Part shown: positions 42,366 to 51,745 of the stretch, piece by piece
Numbering within the stretch: position 1 is the first letter of the stretch
How the letters are laid out: every line of letters starts with the position of its first letter
NCBI GenBank assembly: GCA_018816805.1
Contig: JAHIVE010000005.1
Coordinates: 39,102-103,101, forward strand
Direction of reading: 5' to 3'
Source of the DNA: Patescibacteria group bacterium
GTDB lineage: Bacteria; Patescibacteriota; Gracilibacteria; UBA1369; 2-02-FULL-48-14
Length of the DNA: 64,000 bases
Made by a program: the position numbers and the translations under genes
Notes under the pieces: model-generated
Seen by the model: the letters and a program-made list of their open reading frames with translations, nothing else
The model's database searches: none
What the model was told of the DNA's origin: nothing

Positions 42366-43517
42366 ATGAAAAAATTACTCTCTTTTATACTAGTCGCAAG
42401 CATGACAATTTCCGCATGTAATAGCCAACCAACGCAATTAAATGCCAAAATTCTCAATGAATCTCTCGCCTTGGGAACCGAATACTTATTGAATAGTCAA
42501 AAAGAAGAAGGCAATTTCATTTACGAATATAATTTTAAAACAAAAGAAATCAGCAAAGATGACAATCAAGTGCGCCAAGCTGGTGCTTTATGGGGTATTG
42601 CTCTGATTCACCATTATCAACCAAGTGAAAAAACACTTTCAGCCATTGAAAAAAGCTTAAATTATTTTGAATCAATTAGTAAAACAACTGAAAACGGAGG
42701 AAGATATGTTGTGTACAATGATGGGACTTCAGGGAAAAGCGGAACAATTGCCCTGATCACTCTGGCTCTAGTTGATCTTCTTGAATCAAATTTCAAAATT
42801 AACAACCGTGAAAAATATGAATCTCAGCTGAACGAATATTTAAATTTCCTAATTTCTTTAAGAAAAGATGATGGATTATTTTACTCAAAATTCCGTTACG
42901 AGGACGGGGAAGGGTATTCCACTCCATCACCTTACGTTGACGGCGAAGCACTTCTAGCAATGATAAGAGCGGCAAATTATCTAAAAAGGGAAGACCTTTT
43001 CATCCAAATAGACGAATCAGCAGAGCAAATGTACAAAACAAACGTGCAGGAAGCATTAGAAGAAAATCCGGATAGTGACACAACAAAAGGCTTCTTTCAG
43101 TGGGGAATAATGTCTTTTTATGAGCTCTACAATAAAGATCCTCACAAATATAAAGAATACGCTCAGTACTCAATTGAACTTGCAAATTGGATGATAGACG
43201 TACACAGAACTCTGGAACGCACAAAAAACACTTCCTACGCTTATGAAGGAATTGTATTGGCATATGAATTAGCAAATCGCATGCATGAAAAATCAACGGA
43301 AGAAAAATTTAAATCAGTCATTGACCAGGGGCTTTACAAATTAACTTCATGGCAAGTTGGTTCTCAAATCCAAATAGATTATATTGAAAATCTTAAAGTG
43401 GACGACGTTCTTGCAAAAGGCGGCGTCATGAACGCTGCAGACGAACCACTGCTGCGCATTGACGTCACACAACATCAAATGCACGCAGTGATTCTTGCTT
43501 TAGAATTTGTATACTAA
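42366..43517 (+). CDS. hypothetical lipoprotein (helix-rich; fold unknown)
   Basis: MKKLLSFILVASMTISACN signal/lipobox. ATG 42366 is preferred over the track start at 42300, which overlaps the previous gene. Confidence 0.55.
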   Translation: MKKLLSFILVASMTISACNSQPTQLNAKILNESLALGTEYLLNSQKEEGNFIYEYNFKTKEISKDDNQVRQAGALWGIALIHHYQPSEKTLSAIEKSLNYFESISKTTENGGRYVVYNDGTSGKSGTIALITLALVDLLESNFKINNREKYESQLNEYLNFLISLRKDDGLFYSKFRYEDGEGYSTPSPYVDGEALLAMIRAANYLKREDLFIQIDESAEQMYKTNVQEALEENPDSDTTKGFFQWGIMSFYELYNKDPHKYKEYAQYSIELANWMIDVHRTLERTKNTSYAYEGIVLAYELANRMHEKSTEEKFKSVIDQGLYKLTSWQVGSQIQIDYIENLKVDDVLAKGGVMNAADEPLLRIDVTQHQMHAVILALEFVY

Positions 43518-45073
43518 TCTTCCAAATAGACCTCCACTTCGTTCGAATAAGTCCCGCAGCCACCATTGCCATTATATTCGCAAACTCGGACCCAATAGGT
43601 ATCAGCTCCATTGAAAGCGCTTATTGAACCAGTAGTTTCACTATCATCAGGAAAATAATTTGATCTGTCTCCAGAACTTCGACCTGGGAAAGTAGCCCCA
43701 CTTGATTGAGACCAAACCAGTTTAAAACCAAATTGTGCATCACCGGTCCATGACCAGCTCATTTCACCATCTCCTAAATGCGTTAAAGTTATCTCACTAA
43801 CTGAAGATTCAAACTCATCTGAGTCTAAAGTCACGGTGATTTCATTGGAATAAACACCACATTCTCCTCCTAAATATTCACAAACCCTAACATAATATGT
43901 CCCAGCTCCATCTTCTGCAGTCACAGTAGCACTAGAAGTACTTGGATCACTGTAATACAGATAATGATCTGTCGCGCCTAATGGGTATGTTGGTTCGCTA
44001 TCTTTAGACCAAACAACCTTAAATCCTAATTCACAATTGCCATCAATTGTCCATGTAACCTCGCCATTATCACCTGCGGATAATGCAATTGAACTTACAG
44101 CATCATCACTTGAATCATCACTTAAGTCATCATCGTCATTATCATCATCAGATTCATCTAAAAATACTGTAATTTCATTTGAATAAACATCACAAGAACC
44201 ACCAGTATATTCACAAACCCTGACATAATATGTCCCAAACCCATCAAAAGCATTCAATGTTGCTGATGAGGCGGTAGAACTACTGAAATAAAGATACTGA
44301 TCACCAACCTCCGTTGGATATGTTGGCTCCGTGTTTTTTGACCACACCACTTTGAATCCTTTGCTTGAAACACCATCTGTCGTCCAAGAAACTTTCCCAT
44401 CTCCATCATTTCTCAACGTAATTGACCGAACTTGATTGGAATCAAGATCTTTAATTTGTTCATAAGAATATGAAGCTTGCTCTCTATTCTCAGTTCGAAT
44501 TCGCCAAACCATTTCCGCCATTTCACCACGTGTCACCGGCTTACTAAACGCATCAATTGATGTTGGGATTGCATTCAAAAGTTCCAAGGCAACCACATAA
44601 TTTTGATACCAATTCTCCTGAGGCGAATTAGCTACCTGCAAAAGAAAAGCTTCAGAAATTATTTTACTGGCTTCAGCAAAGTTTATTGTCTGAGCAGGCT
44701 TAAAAGTGCCATCTGAATAGCCACTTACAATGCCCAAATCCGTGGCAGTACAAACATAAGGTGAAAACCATTCTTCTTTAACATCCAGATAACAATCTGA
44801 AGCATCACTAATCTCATACCCTTCAGACTCAACAACAATTTTCAAAAATTCAGCCCTATTAATTTCCTGTTCGGGCTTATAAGTCCCATCACCATACCCT
44901 TGAACCACTTCCTCTACCTGCAAATAATTAATTGCCTGGTAATTTTCATGCGTATCTGAGACATCAGAAAAGTGATGACCTTCGCCATCTCCGGTAGCAA
45001 AAGCTAACCCTGGAATAATTAAAAACGCTGCAGCTCCAAAAAATAAAGCTGTGATTTTCTGAAAAAATTTCAT
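43514..45073 (-). CDS. secreted protein with an N-terminal triple SLH-like module and three ~95-aa Cys-containing repeats
   Basis: Signal peptide, then SLH-like repeats (GYGDGTYKPEQEINRAEFLKIV; GYSDGTFKPAQTINFAEASKII; VTRGEMAEMVW). Three repeats follow, each ending in TY(Y/W)VRVCEY.GG.C..YSNE. A poly-Asp linker (ESDDDNDDDDLSDDSSDD) separates two of them. Confidence 0.7.
   Translation of the reverse strand: MKFFQKITALFFGAAAFLIIPGLAFATGDGEGHHFSDVSDTHENYQAINYLQVEEVVQGYGDGTYKPEQEINRAEFLKIVVESEGYEISDASDCYLDVKEEWFSPYVCTATDLGIVSGYSDGTFKPAQTINFAEASKIISEAFLLQVANSPQENWYQNYVVALELLNAIPTSIDAFSKPVTRGEMAEMVWRIRTENREQASYSYEQIKDLDSNQVRSITLRNDGDGKVSWTTDGVSSKGFKVVWSKNTEPTYPTEVGDQYLYFSSSTASSATLNAFDGFGTYYVRVCEYTGGSCDVYSNEITVFLDESDDDNDDDDLSDDSSDDAVSSIALSAGDNGEVTWTIDGNCELGFKVVWSKDSEPTYPLGATDHYLYYSDPSTSSATVTAEDGAGTYYVRVCEYLGGECGVYSNEITVTLDSDEFESSVSEITLTHLGDGEMSWSWTGDAQFGFKLVWSQSSGATFPGRSSGDRSNYFPDDSETTGSISAFNGADTYWVRVCEYNGNGGCGTYSNEVEVYLED
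43523..44431 (-). repeat. three tandem ~95-aa protein repeats (aa about 215-305, 326-416, 424-517)
   Basis: Shared pattern: G(D/E)(V/M)(S/T)W...G....GFK(V/L)VWS....PT(Y/F)P......Y........S......G..TY.VRVCEY....C..YSNE..V.L. Confidence 0.7.
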
Positions 45074-45141
45074 ACTAAAGCAATTATGGATAACAAAAAA
45101 AATATATCAAAAAAAATATACTTTGGCTAATAACCGGTTTC

Positions 45142-45453
45142 TTACTGTCCGGAAATATATCGTGGAATCTTACTCCAGTCTGTTAAAGCCTCACCGGCTC
45201 TACGAACTGTATCTATTTCATGACGGATACTATTATAGGTGTTTTTAACCTTTTCCCAACCCGGAAAACTTTTAGCCTCAGCCATTTTTACTCGCTCAGA
45301 GGGAACAATTGGTTTCTCATAATTCTGTTGAAATTCTTTAAGTGTAACCATTGTTGAAGCTACTTTCTCTGAATTATCTTTAACTTCTACAATACTACTT
45401 CGAATCTCAATATTACGTGGTCCTTCCGCCTGTGGTTTTGGTCCTTCTTGCAT
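45142..45453 (-). CDS. hypothetical protein (103 aa)
   Basis: ORF only, 1 nt downstream of the preceding small ORF. Confidence 0.4.
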   Translation of the reverse strand: MQEGPKPQAEGPRNIEIRSSIVEVKDNSEKVASTMVTLKEFQQNYEKPIVPSERVKMAEAKSFPGWEKVKNTYNSIRHEIDTVRRAGEALTDWSKIPRYISGQ

Positions 45454-45454
45454 G

Positions 45455-45763
45455 TTATTTAAGTTTAGAAAGTAATTCTTCTGCTTTTTTTATCTCATCT
45501 TCACGTTCTTTAACTTCTTGCTCAGCAGACTCTTTTCTCTTTCCATCCTTACTTTGTTCTGCAATTGCCTGCCAAAGTTCTAAATCAGCTTGTGTAGCTT
45601 CAACAGTTTGCTGAGAAAGTTGAATAATCAATTTTTTCATATTTTGAAGCTGTTCTTCTGTCATTCTTGGAGCAAACTCAACTATTTCTTTTATTTGATC
45701 GTCCGTCATAATTCCTTGGGCGGATTTTGCTAATTCAATTACTTCATCTTGCAGTGTAGACAT
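45455..45763 (-). CDS. hypothetical acidic coiled-coil protein (102 aa)
   Basis: ORF only, with a heptad-rich, Glu/Lys/Gln-rich sequence. Confidence 0.4.
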   Translation of the reverse strand: MSTLQDEVIELAKSAQGIMTDDQIKEIVEFAPRMTEEQLQNMKKLIIQLSQQTVEATQADLELWQAIAEQSKDGKRKESAEQEVKEREDEIKKAEELLSKLK

Positions 45764-45863
45764 AATTTGATTGATTAAATCATATTATTATAGCACACAT
45801 TGAGCTGCAATGCAACTAACGGCTGTACTTGCGAATCAAATGAAAATCAGTCATTTTCAATCT

Positions 45864-46994
45864 ATGAGGTCTTTAAAACAAATAATAATTGGCACTACAT
45901 ACAGGAAGGTCTTAAAACCTGTTCTTTTTGCTCAAGACCCTGAAAAAATTCATAATCGATTCATTTTTATTGGTCATATTATGGGCAAGTTTAGAATTAC
46001 TCGTTTCATAAACCGCCTTTTATTCAAATACAAAAACACAATGCTTGAACAAACTGTATTTGATATAAAATTTGAGAACCCGGTTGGTCTTTCAGCAGGT
46101 TTCGACAAAGATGCACAAATAATAAGGATTCTCCCAGAGGTTGGATTTGGATTTATGCAAGTTGGGTCAATAACATTTAAACCTTACCAAGGCAACCAGC
46201 GACCGAGACTATATAGACTCAAAAAATCTCAAGGAATAATCGTAAATTATGGTCTTAAAAACAACGGTGCAAAAAAAATTGTAAAAAATCTCCCCAGAAA
46301 ACCAAAACATTTTCTTGTGAGCGCATCAGTAGCAAAAACAAACAGTAGAGATACAATCACCACAAAAGACGGCATTGAAGACTACGCTGAATGTCTAAAA
46401 ATCCTACAAAAATCAAAATATTTTGATTTTTTCACCATTAATATTTCTTGCCCAAATGCCTTTGGAGGTGAACCTTTTGCTGAACCCAAAAAATTGGACA
46501 GACTCCTAAAAAAAATACACACATTAGGCATAGACAAACCAATCTTTCTAAAAATGCCAATTAACGAAAAATGGTCAAATTCCAAGCTTTTAATAGAAGT
46601 CGCAATAAAAAACAAAATTGACGGTTTGATAATTGGAAACTTGGACAAAAATCGCTCAAACCCACAAATAAAAGATCAAATACCAAAACACATTAAAGGT
46701 GGAATTAGCGGAAAGCCAACTTGGTCTATAACAAATGAATTGATTTCCAAAACCTACAAGAATTATGGGGATAAAATAAAAATAATTGGGGTAGGGGGAA
46801 TTTTCTCTGCCCAAGACGCGTATGAAAAAATAAAAAGAGGCGCAACTCTTGTTCAGTTAATAACAGGAATGATTTTTGAAGGCCCCCAACTTATAGGGGA
46901 AATAAACAGAGGTCTTGTAGAACTGTTAAAAAAAGACGGCTACACAAACATCAGCGACGCAATTGGAGCTAATCATTCAAAGCATCTTGGTTGA
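45864..46994 (+). CDS. pyrD: dihydroorotate dehydrogenase (quinone), class 2
   Basis: FENPVGLSAGFDKD, GFGFMQVGSIT, RPRLYRL and INISCPN. ATG 45864 gives the class-2 N-terminal helix (YRKVLKPVLFAQDPEKIHN). The track start is 45810. Confidence 0.88.
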   Translation: MRSLKQIIIGTTYRKVLKPVLFAQDPEKIHNRFIFIGHIMGKFRITRFINRLLFKYKNTMLEQTVFDIKFENPVGLSAGFDKDAQIIRILPEVGFGFMQVGSITFKPYQGNQRPRLYRLKKSQGIIVNYGLKNNGAKKIVKNLPRKPKHFLVSASVAKTNSRDTITTKDGIEDYAECLKILQKSKYFDFFTINISCPNAFGGEPFAEPKKLDRLLKKIHTLGIDKPIFLKMPINEKWSNSKLLIEVAIKNKIDGLIIGNLDKNRSNPQIKDQIPKHIKGGISGKPTWSITNELISKTYKNYGDKIKIIGVGGIFSAQDAYEKIKRGATLVQLITGMIFEGPQLIGEINRGLVELLKKDGYTNISDAIGANHSKHLG

Positions 46995-47556
46995 CCGCGT
47001 CCATAGTTGCCACCAAATCTTTAAAGGAATTTATTATCCATGTTTGCTCTCTTGACGAACATTTTGAAGAATCCCCAACATTTCTCATTCCATTCACTCT
47101 GTATTCCAAAATTAAATTTGTTCCTCCACCACCATAAAAAGCTAAATTTGCATTCGCATCTAACTGAACCTCTTTATTCTCAGGATCCATATATAAAACA
47201 ATCATCCTTGTGTCACCATATTGATTTCTATTCACAAGAGTCCAAAGTGGAGCCCGTTGACTTTCAGGGTCAAGAAAAAAATTACCAATAAGTGCACTAT
47301 TTTTTAGGTCAGTTGTGACAAAAATATCTCCAACTTTTACTCCAACTTTTTCTTTGGCTGCATCCGCAAAGATTTTTGATATTGCCGCAATAGCCTTTGC
47401 ACTTTCACACTCATCATCTCCCTTCAACACCAATTCAGCTTCTTCTAAACTGCGAGGTATTAAATTTTCTGGCTTATAACTCGACTCAGCATGATGAACA
47501 CAACCTTGAAGTCCTAATCCAACAAGCATAGCCGTCGACTGTTTAGAAATTGACAT
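46969..47556 (-). CDS. hypothetical lipoprotein
   Basis: Lipobox-like LVGLGLQGC and no other motif. Its 3' end overlaps the convergent pyrD by 26 nt. Confidence 0.45.
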   Translation of the reverse strand: MSISKQSTAMLVGLGLQGCVHHAESSYKPENLIPRSLEEAELVLKGDDECESAKAIAAISKIFADAAKEKVGVKVGDIFVTTDLKNSALIGNFFLDPESQRAPLWTLVNRNQYGDTRMIVLYMDPENKEVQLDANANLAFYGGGGTNLILEYRVNGMRNVGDSSKCSSREQTWIINSFKDLVATMDAVNQDALND

Positions 47557-47612
47557 ACAATACAGTTAAAGTACCTGATTTTAGATGCAAACTGACTATA
47601 TGTCAAAATTCC

Positions 47613-48248
47613 CTATTTCTCCCACTTATAAATCAAAAACGAATACAAAATCGGTAAAAGTGCAATAACTGCAATAGTACTAAAAAACATCCAAGCCATT
47701 AAGTGCGGTAAAAAAGCAGCTTGCAGAATAATTAGCAGTCCTCCAACAACAAAAGTCCAACCAGCAACTCTATGTGTTTTATTCCAATTATCTTCACTAT
47801 TTAGTGTCCAAGGAGTTTTAATGCCAACAAAATAATTTTGCCTGATTTTGCCCAGAAAATTTCCCAAAAGAATAAACAGCGCACCTATACCTCCCAAAAC
47901 ATAAGCACCAACATTTACACCCGGACTCAAAGCGGCATAAATAGATACAAAATAAATGTACGCCATGTACGCAATTAAAGTGGTTTGCAAAAGTCCCCAA
48001 GCACTTTTAAAAAGCTCATAATTCTTTCTTTTTGGGTCAATTTTACTCAGTATTTTAAATAGAATAGTCATGCCAAGAGTAATTGCCGGAATAATCACAA
48101 TCATGCTTTTTTTTGTCATATATCCGTCAACTTCTCCCGCAAAATTCCAATGACTCGGCATTGGATCCGGCAATAAATCATAAAAATAAAATCCAACAGC
48201 GCACATAAGTGCAACAATAAATAACTGCAGATATAGATATTTTTTCAT
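47613..48248 (-). CDS. SdpI/YhfL-family membrane protein with an N-terminal DUF1648 region
   Basis: LPDPMPSHWNFAGEVDGY is DUF1648-like. NYFVGIKTPWTLNSEDNWNKTHRVAG is SdpI-family-like. Multi-TM. Confidence 0.75.
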   Translation of the reverse strand: MKKYLYLQLFIVALMCAVGFYFYDLLPDPMPSHWNFAGEVDGYMTKKSMIVIIPAITLGMTILFKILSKIDPKRKNYELFKSAWGLLQTTLIAYMAYIYFVSIYAALSPGVNVGAYVLGGIGALFILLGNFLGKIRQNYFVGIKTPWTLNSEDNWNKTHRVAGWTFVVGGLLIILQAAFLPHLMAWMFFSTIAVIALLPILYSFLIYKWEK

Positions 48249-48252
48249 AGTT

Positions 48253-48507
48253 TTACTTAAAAAAAGATAAAAATATTTTCATTACCTCCTCAAATACCGA
48301 AATATTTAAAGAGTAAAATATATATTGACCTTGTCTTTCAGCAATTACCAAATTCGCTTTTTTTAAAATATCCAAATGATGCGAAAGTGATGCCATTGTA
48401 ATAGGGAAGTGTTTGTTGATTTCCGTAACTGACATGTCCTTCTTTTTAAGAAGATTCAATATCTCTCTACGAGTACCATCCGACAATGCTTTAAATACTG
48501 AATCCAT
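48253..48507 (-). CDS. ArsR/SmtB-family (SdpR-like) transcriptional repressor
   Basis: wHTH region ALSDGTRREILNLL...MSVTEINKHFPITMASLSHHLDILKKANLV. It sits 4 nt upstream of the SdpI-like gene. Confidence 0.8.
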   Translation of the reverse strand: MDSVFKALSDGTRREILNLLKKKDMSVTEINKHFPITMASLSHHLDILKKANLVIAERQGQYIFYSLNISVFEEVMKIFLSFFK

Positions 48508-48511
48508 TTAG

Positions 48512-48535
48512 ATATTTAGAAAAACATCTAAATAT
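48512..48535. promoter_or_regulatory. candidate operator: 9-6-9 perfect inverted repeat just upstream of the SdpR-like start
   Basis: ATATTTAGA (48512-48520), AAAACA, TCTAAATAT (48527-48535). The start codon is at 48507-48505. Confidence 0.35.
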
Positions 48536-48567
48536 TATCACTCATAAAATAAACCGTCAATATAAAA

Positions 48568-48975
48568 TTAATTATTTATACAATTTTCTATTTTAACAGA
48601 AAAGGTAATCTCATCAGCATTCTCCTCAAGACCGGAAGGGTTGGCATTCTCAAAAATCATCACACTGTCACCTTCAAACGTAACATTCTCAAACTCACCT
48701 TCAAAAGGTACAAACTCTTCAGTCATCCAATCCTCTTGAGCTTCAGCAATTGTTTGAGCAATTAATTTGCCGGACTTATCCTCAAGCTTTACAGGAAAAG
48801 AAGCCTCAAAATACCATGGTCCGCGAGCCTCTCCCTCAAAAGTAATCGGACATTCTACGGTGTCATTTACTTCAGGAAAACTTACTGTGATATCTTCATT
48901 TTCACTATCCTTCTCACCACCATTACAGGAAGTAATTAAGAGAGTCGAAACTAAAACTACAAATATTTTTTTCAT
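48568..48975 (-). CDS. Gmad2 immunoglobulin-like domain lipoprotein
   Basis: Lipobox LLITSC. CPITFEGEARGPWYFEASFPVKLEDKSGKLIAQ...DWMTEEFVPFEGEF is typical of Gmad2. ATG 48975 is preferred. Confidence 0.7.
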   Translation of the reverse strand: MKKIFVVLVSTLLITSCNGGEKDSENEDITVSFPEVNDTVECPITFEGEARGPWYFEASFPVKLEDKSGKLIAQTIAEAQEDWMTEEFVPFEGEFENVTFEGDSVMIFENANPSGLEENADEITFSVKIENCINN

Positions 48976-49006
48976 ATAGTAAATTATCCACGCGAACACT
49001 ACACCA

Positions 49007-49555
49007 TTATAAAAACAAATGCGAAACCAAAATTTTAAGTCCTAAAATAACTAAAATCGTTCCCCCAATTTTCTCCGCATAATCAGAGAAGTTTTTATGC
49101 AAAAAATATCCAATAATTATCCCAATTAAAGAAGTGGCTAAGGTAACTATCCCAATCACTAAAACACTTGAAAATACATTCCATCCAAATGCATGAAACC
49201 CAATCCCAATAACAAAAGCATCAATACTGGTCGCAACTGAGAGAGCTAAAATCAATTTTAAACTCAGCGCTCCTTTTTTTTCTTCAAGTTCATGCTCCTT
49301 TTTCAAATTAAAAATCATATTCGCACCAAGTCCGGTCAGAATAATGAAAGCAACCCAATGATCCACTCTGGAAATCCAAGCTGAAAATGGAATTCCAAGC
49401 AAATACCCAAAAACAGGCATCACAGCCTGAAACAAAGCAAAGGCAACCGCTGCAATTACCAGTTTCCCAAGCGTTCGATGGTTCGAACTCAAAGAGATAA
49501 TCGCTGCGCAAGCATCCATGCTCAAGGCCAATGCTGTGATAAATAAATTAACCAT
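49007..49555 (-). CDS. mntP: manganese efflux pump MntP
   Basis: Duplicated DUF204 halves with ALSMDACAA and SIDAFVIG; six TM segments. Confidence 0.82.
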   Translation of the reverse strand: MVNLFITALALSMDACAAIISLSSNHRTLGKLVIAAVAFALFQAVMPVFGYLLGIPFSAWISRVDHWVAFIILTGLGANMIFNLKKEHELEEKKGALSLKLILALSVATSIDAFVIGIGFHAFGWNVFSSVLVIGIVTLATSLIGIIIGYFLHKNFSDYAEKIGGTILVILGLKILVSHLFL

Positions 49556-49570
49556 CAGAACAAGGATACA

Positions 49571-49816
49571 TTATTTCTTTTTTACAAGCAGACCTAAAAC
49601 CGCCCCAAAAGCCGTCAAAGTCGCAATAAAAAACATCACGGAAAGTAATGATTCAGATACCGCCCATGAATAGTGCCTGGCCAAGTCATAATAAACATAA
49701 ATCCCAAACGTCACCACAAACCCCAGCATGCAAGGCCTACCTTTTAAAGCAACTGCAAGGGCCAAAAGCGCAATCAAAGCCTCTAAAACAATAGAAATTA
49801 CAGGTAAAATATCCAT
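49571..49816 (-). CDS. hypothetical small membrane protein (81 aa, about 3 TM)
   Basis: Hydrophobic ORF 15 nt upstream of mntP. Confidence 0.45.
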   Translation of the reverse strand: MDILPVISIVLEALIALLALAVALKGRPCMLGFVVTFGIYVYYDLARHYSWAVSESLLSVMFFIATLTAFGAVLGLLVKKK

Positions 49817-49887
49817 AAATTGGCGTGAAAAAATAACAAAAAAATCATAGCAAAAAACTAATCAGCCGCAAACCTTCACTCATCCCC

Positions 49888-49916
49888 TTGCGCAAACCTA
49901 TAAATCAGGCTAGAAT
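49888..49916 (+). promoter_or_regulatory. sigma70-like promoter candidate for typA
   Basis: TTGCGC (49888-49893), 17 nt, TAGAAT (49911-49916), 35 nt upstream of ATG 49952. Confidence 0.45.
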
Positions 49917-49951
49917 CGCGCGGCTTTGACAAACCTTGAACACAACAAAAA

Positions 49952-51745
49952 ATGCAAACCTACAATGTCGCTATCGTTGCTCACGTGGACCACGGGAAAA
50001 CAACCCTGGTTGATGCATTGCTGAAAGCCAGCGACACTTTTGACGCGCATAAAGGGCTTGCAGAGCGCGCAATGGACAGTAATGACCAGGAAAAAGAGCG
50101 CGGAATCACAATTTACGCAAAAAACGCAGCAATCACTTATCAAGGCAAAAAAATCAACATTGTGGATACGCCGGGTCACGCAGATTTTGGATCTGAGGTT
50201 GAACGTGTTCTCCGCACGGTGGACGCGGTAATTCTGGTTGTGGATGCCTTTGAAGGCCCAATGCCGCAAACCAAATTCGTGCTTAAAAAATCTCTTGAGC
50301 TCGGTCACAAAGTCCTTGTGGTTATTAACAAAATTGACAAACCAATGGCCCGACCGGATGAAGTCGTCGATCTCACGTTCGACCTTTTTGCAACCTTGGG
50401 CGCAACGGATCTTCAACTGGATTTTCCTTACATTTATGCAAACGCAAAAGCCGGCTACGCCATTAAAAACCTCACAGATGAGCCAAAAGACATCACGCCG
50501 CTTATTGACTTTATTTTTGACAACGTCGAGCCCGCCAAAAGCAATACGGATGCTCCTTTCCGAATGCAACCCGCAACCCTCAAATATGACAATTTTCTTG
50601 GGCGAATTGCAATCGGTCGCGTTTACGAAGGCGTTTTAAAACCAAATCAACAGGTAACGGTCATTAAATCTGACGGGGAGCGCTACCAAGGCCGAGTAAC
50701 AAAAATTTTCGCTTTTGAAGGAATGGAAAAATATGAGGAAGAAGAAGCCCTAGCCGGAGACATGGTTGCCGTAGCTGGCTTGCCGGAAATTTACGTGGGG
50801 GAAACCATCACCAGCGCACCGGACGCCGAGCCGCTTCCGGCAATCAAAGTGGATCCGCCGGCTTTAGCCATAACTTTTATGGTTAACGACTCGCCGTTTG
50901 CGGGGAGGGAAGGGGAATTTGTAACCAGTCGCCACATTAAAGCCCGACTTGAAAAAGAGCTGGAAACCAACGTGGGACTCAAAATTGAAGCTGTTGAAAA
51001 TTCGGACGCACTCAAAGTTTACGGTCGTGGAGAAATGCACATAGCGGTTCTGATTGAAATGATGCGCCGTGAAGGCTACGAACTCCAAATTTCCCAACCG
51101 GAGGTAATCATGCGTGAAATTGACGGCATAAAACAAGAACCCGTTGAATACGCGGTTATTAACGTCCCGGATGAAATGGCCGGCAGCGTTATTGAAGCCC
51201 TCGGCAAGCGCAAAGGCATAATGCAAAACATGAAGTCGGAAAACGGCAACACAACCCTGGAATTTGAAGTCCCAACTCGCGGTTTACTCGGATTCCGCGG
51301 TGTATTCCTGCTTTTAACCCGCGGAGAAGGCACACTTTACCACTCTTTTGAAAGATTCGCCCCTTTCATGGGCCCAATTGAAAAACGCTCGGTCGGCTCA
51401 ATGATCTCCGGTGAAACCGGCGCAACAATGGCTTATTCGCTCTGGAAACTCCAGGAACGTGGACCGCTTTTTGTTGGCCCCGCCACGGAAATTTATGAAG
51501 GAATGATAATTGGCGAACACAACCAAGGCACAGACATAACAGTCAACCCAACCAAGAACAAAAAACTCACCAACGTTCGCGCATCCGGCGCAGACGAAGC
51601 CCTAAATCTCACACCAATCACCCCAATGACCCTGGAAAACGCCATTGAGTACATAAAAGAAGACGAACTTGCGGAAATCACCCCGTTAAATGTACGTCTC
51701 CGGAAAAAACACCTCAAAGAAACAGACAGAAAGCGCGCCAGGTAA
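49952..51745 (+). CDS. typA: translational GTPase TypA/BipA
   Basis: [29 protein letters not shown] and NKIDK; length and C-terminal domain typical of BipA. Confidence 0.93.
   Translation: MQTYNVAIVAHVDHGKTTLVDALLKASDTFDAHKGLAERAMDSNDQEKERGITIYAKNAAITYQGKKINIVDTPGHADFGSEVERVLRTVDAVILVVDAFEGPMPQTKFVLKKSLELGHKVLVVINKIDKPMARPDEVVDLTFDLFATLGATDLQLDFPYIYANAKAGYAIKNLTDEPKDITPLIDFIFDNVEPAKSNTDAPFRMQPATLKYDNFLGRIAIGRVYEGVLKPNQQVTVIKSDGERYQGRVTKIFAFEGMEKYEEEEALAGDMVAVAGLPEIYVGETITSAPDAEPLPAIKVDPPALAITFMVNDSPFAGREGEFVTSRHIKARLEKELETNVGLKIEAVENSDALKVYGRGEMHIAVLIEMMRREGYELQISQPEVIMREIDGIKQEPVEYAVINVPDEMAGSVIEALGKRKGIMQNMKSENGNTTLEFEVPTRGLLGFRGVFLLLTRGEGTLYHSFERFAPFMGPIEKRSVGSMISGETGATMAYSLWKLQERGPLFVGPATEIYEGMIIGEHNQGTDITVNPTKNKKLTNVRASGADEALNLTPITPMTLENAIEYIKEDELAEITPLNVRLRKKHLKETDRKRAR

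Noticed and set aside
49817-49951. Possible yybP-ykoY manganese riboswitch upstream of the small-membrane-protein/mntP pair. The minus strand contains CAAGGGGATGAGTGAAGG, reminiscent of the conserved GGGGAGUAG.
   Set aside because: Only one partial motif is present. The second conserved half (UUGACA...AGCAAGACC-type) and a four-helix layout are not evident. The region is short and is also occupied by the typA promoter pattern. A cmsearch with the Rfam yybP-ykoY model would settle it.
49910-50569. 219-aa minus-strand ORF antisense to typA. Similar long antisense ORFs occur at 3478-4167 (ftsA), 52232-52828 (helicase), 35043-35558 and 30265-30636 (PKD genes), and 12438-12914 (nifS).
   Set aside because: In each case the opposite strand encodes a highly conserved, full-length protein. 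The antisense translations are Arg/Cys/His-rich or low-complexity and have no motifs.
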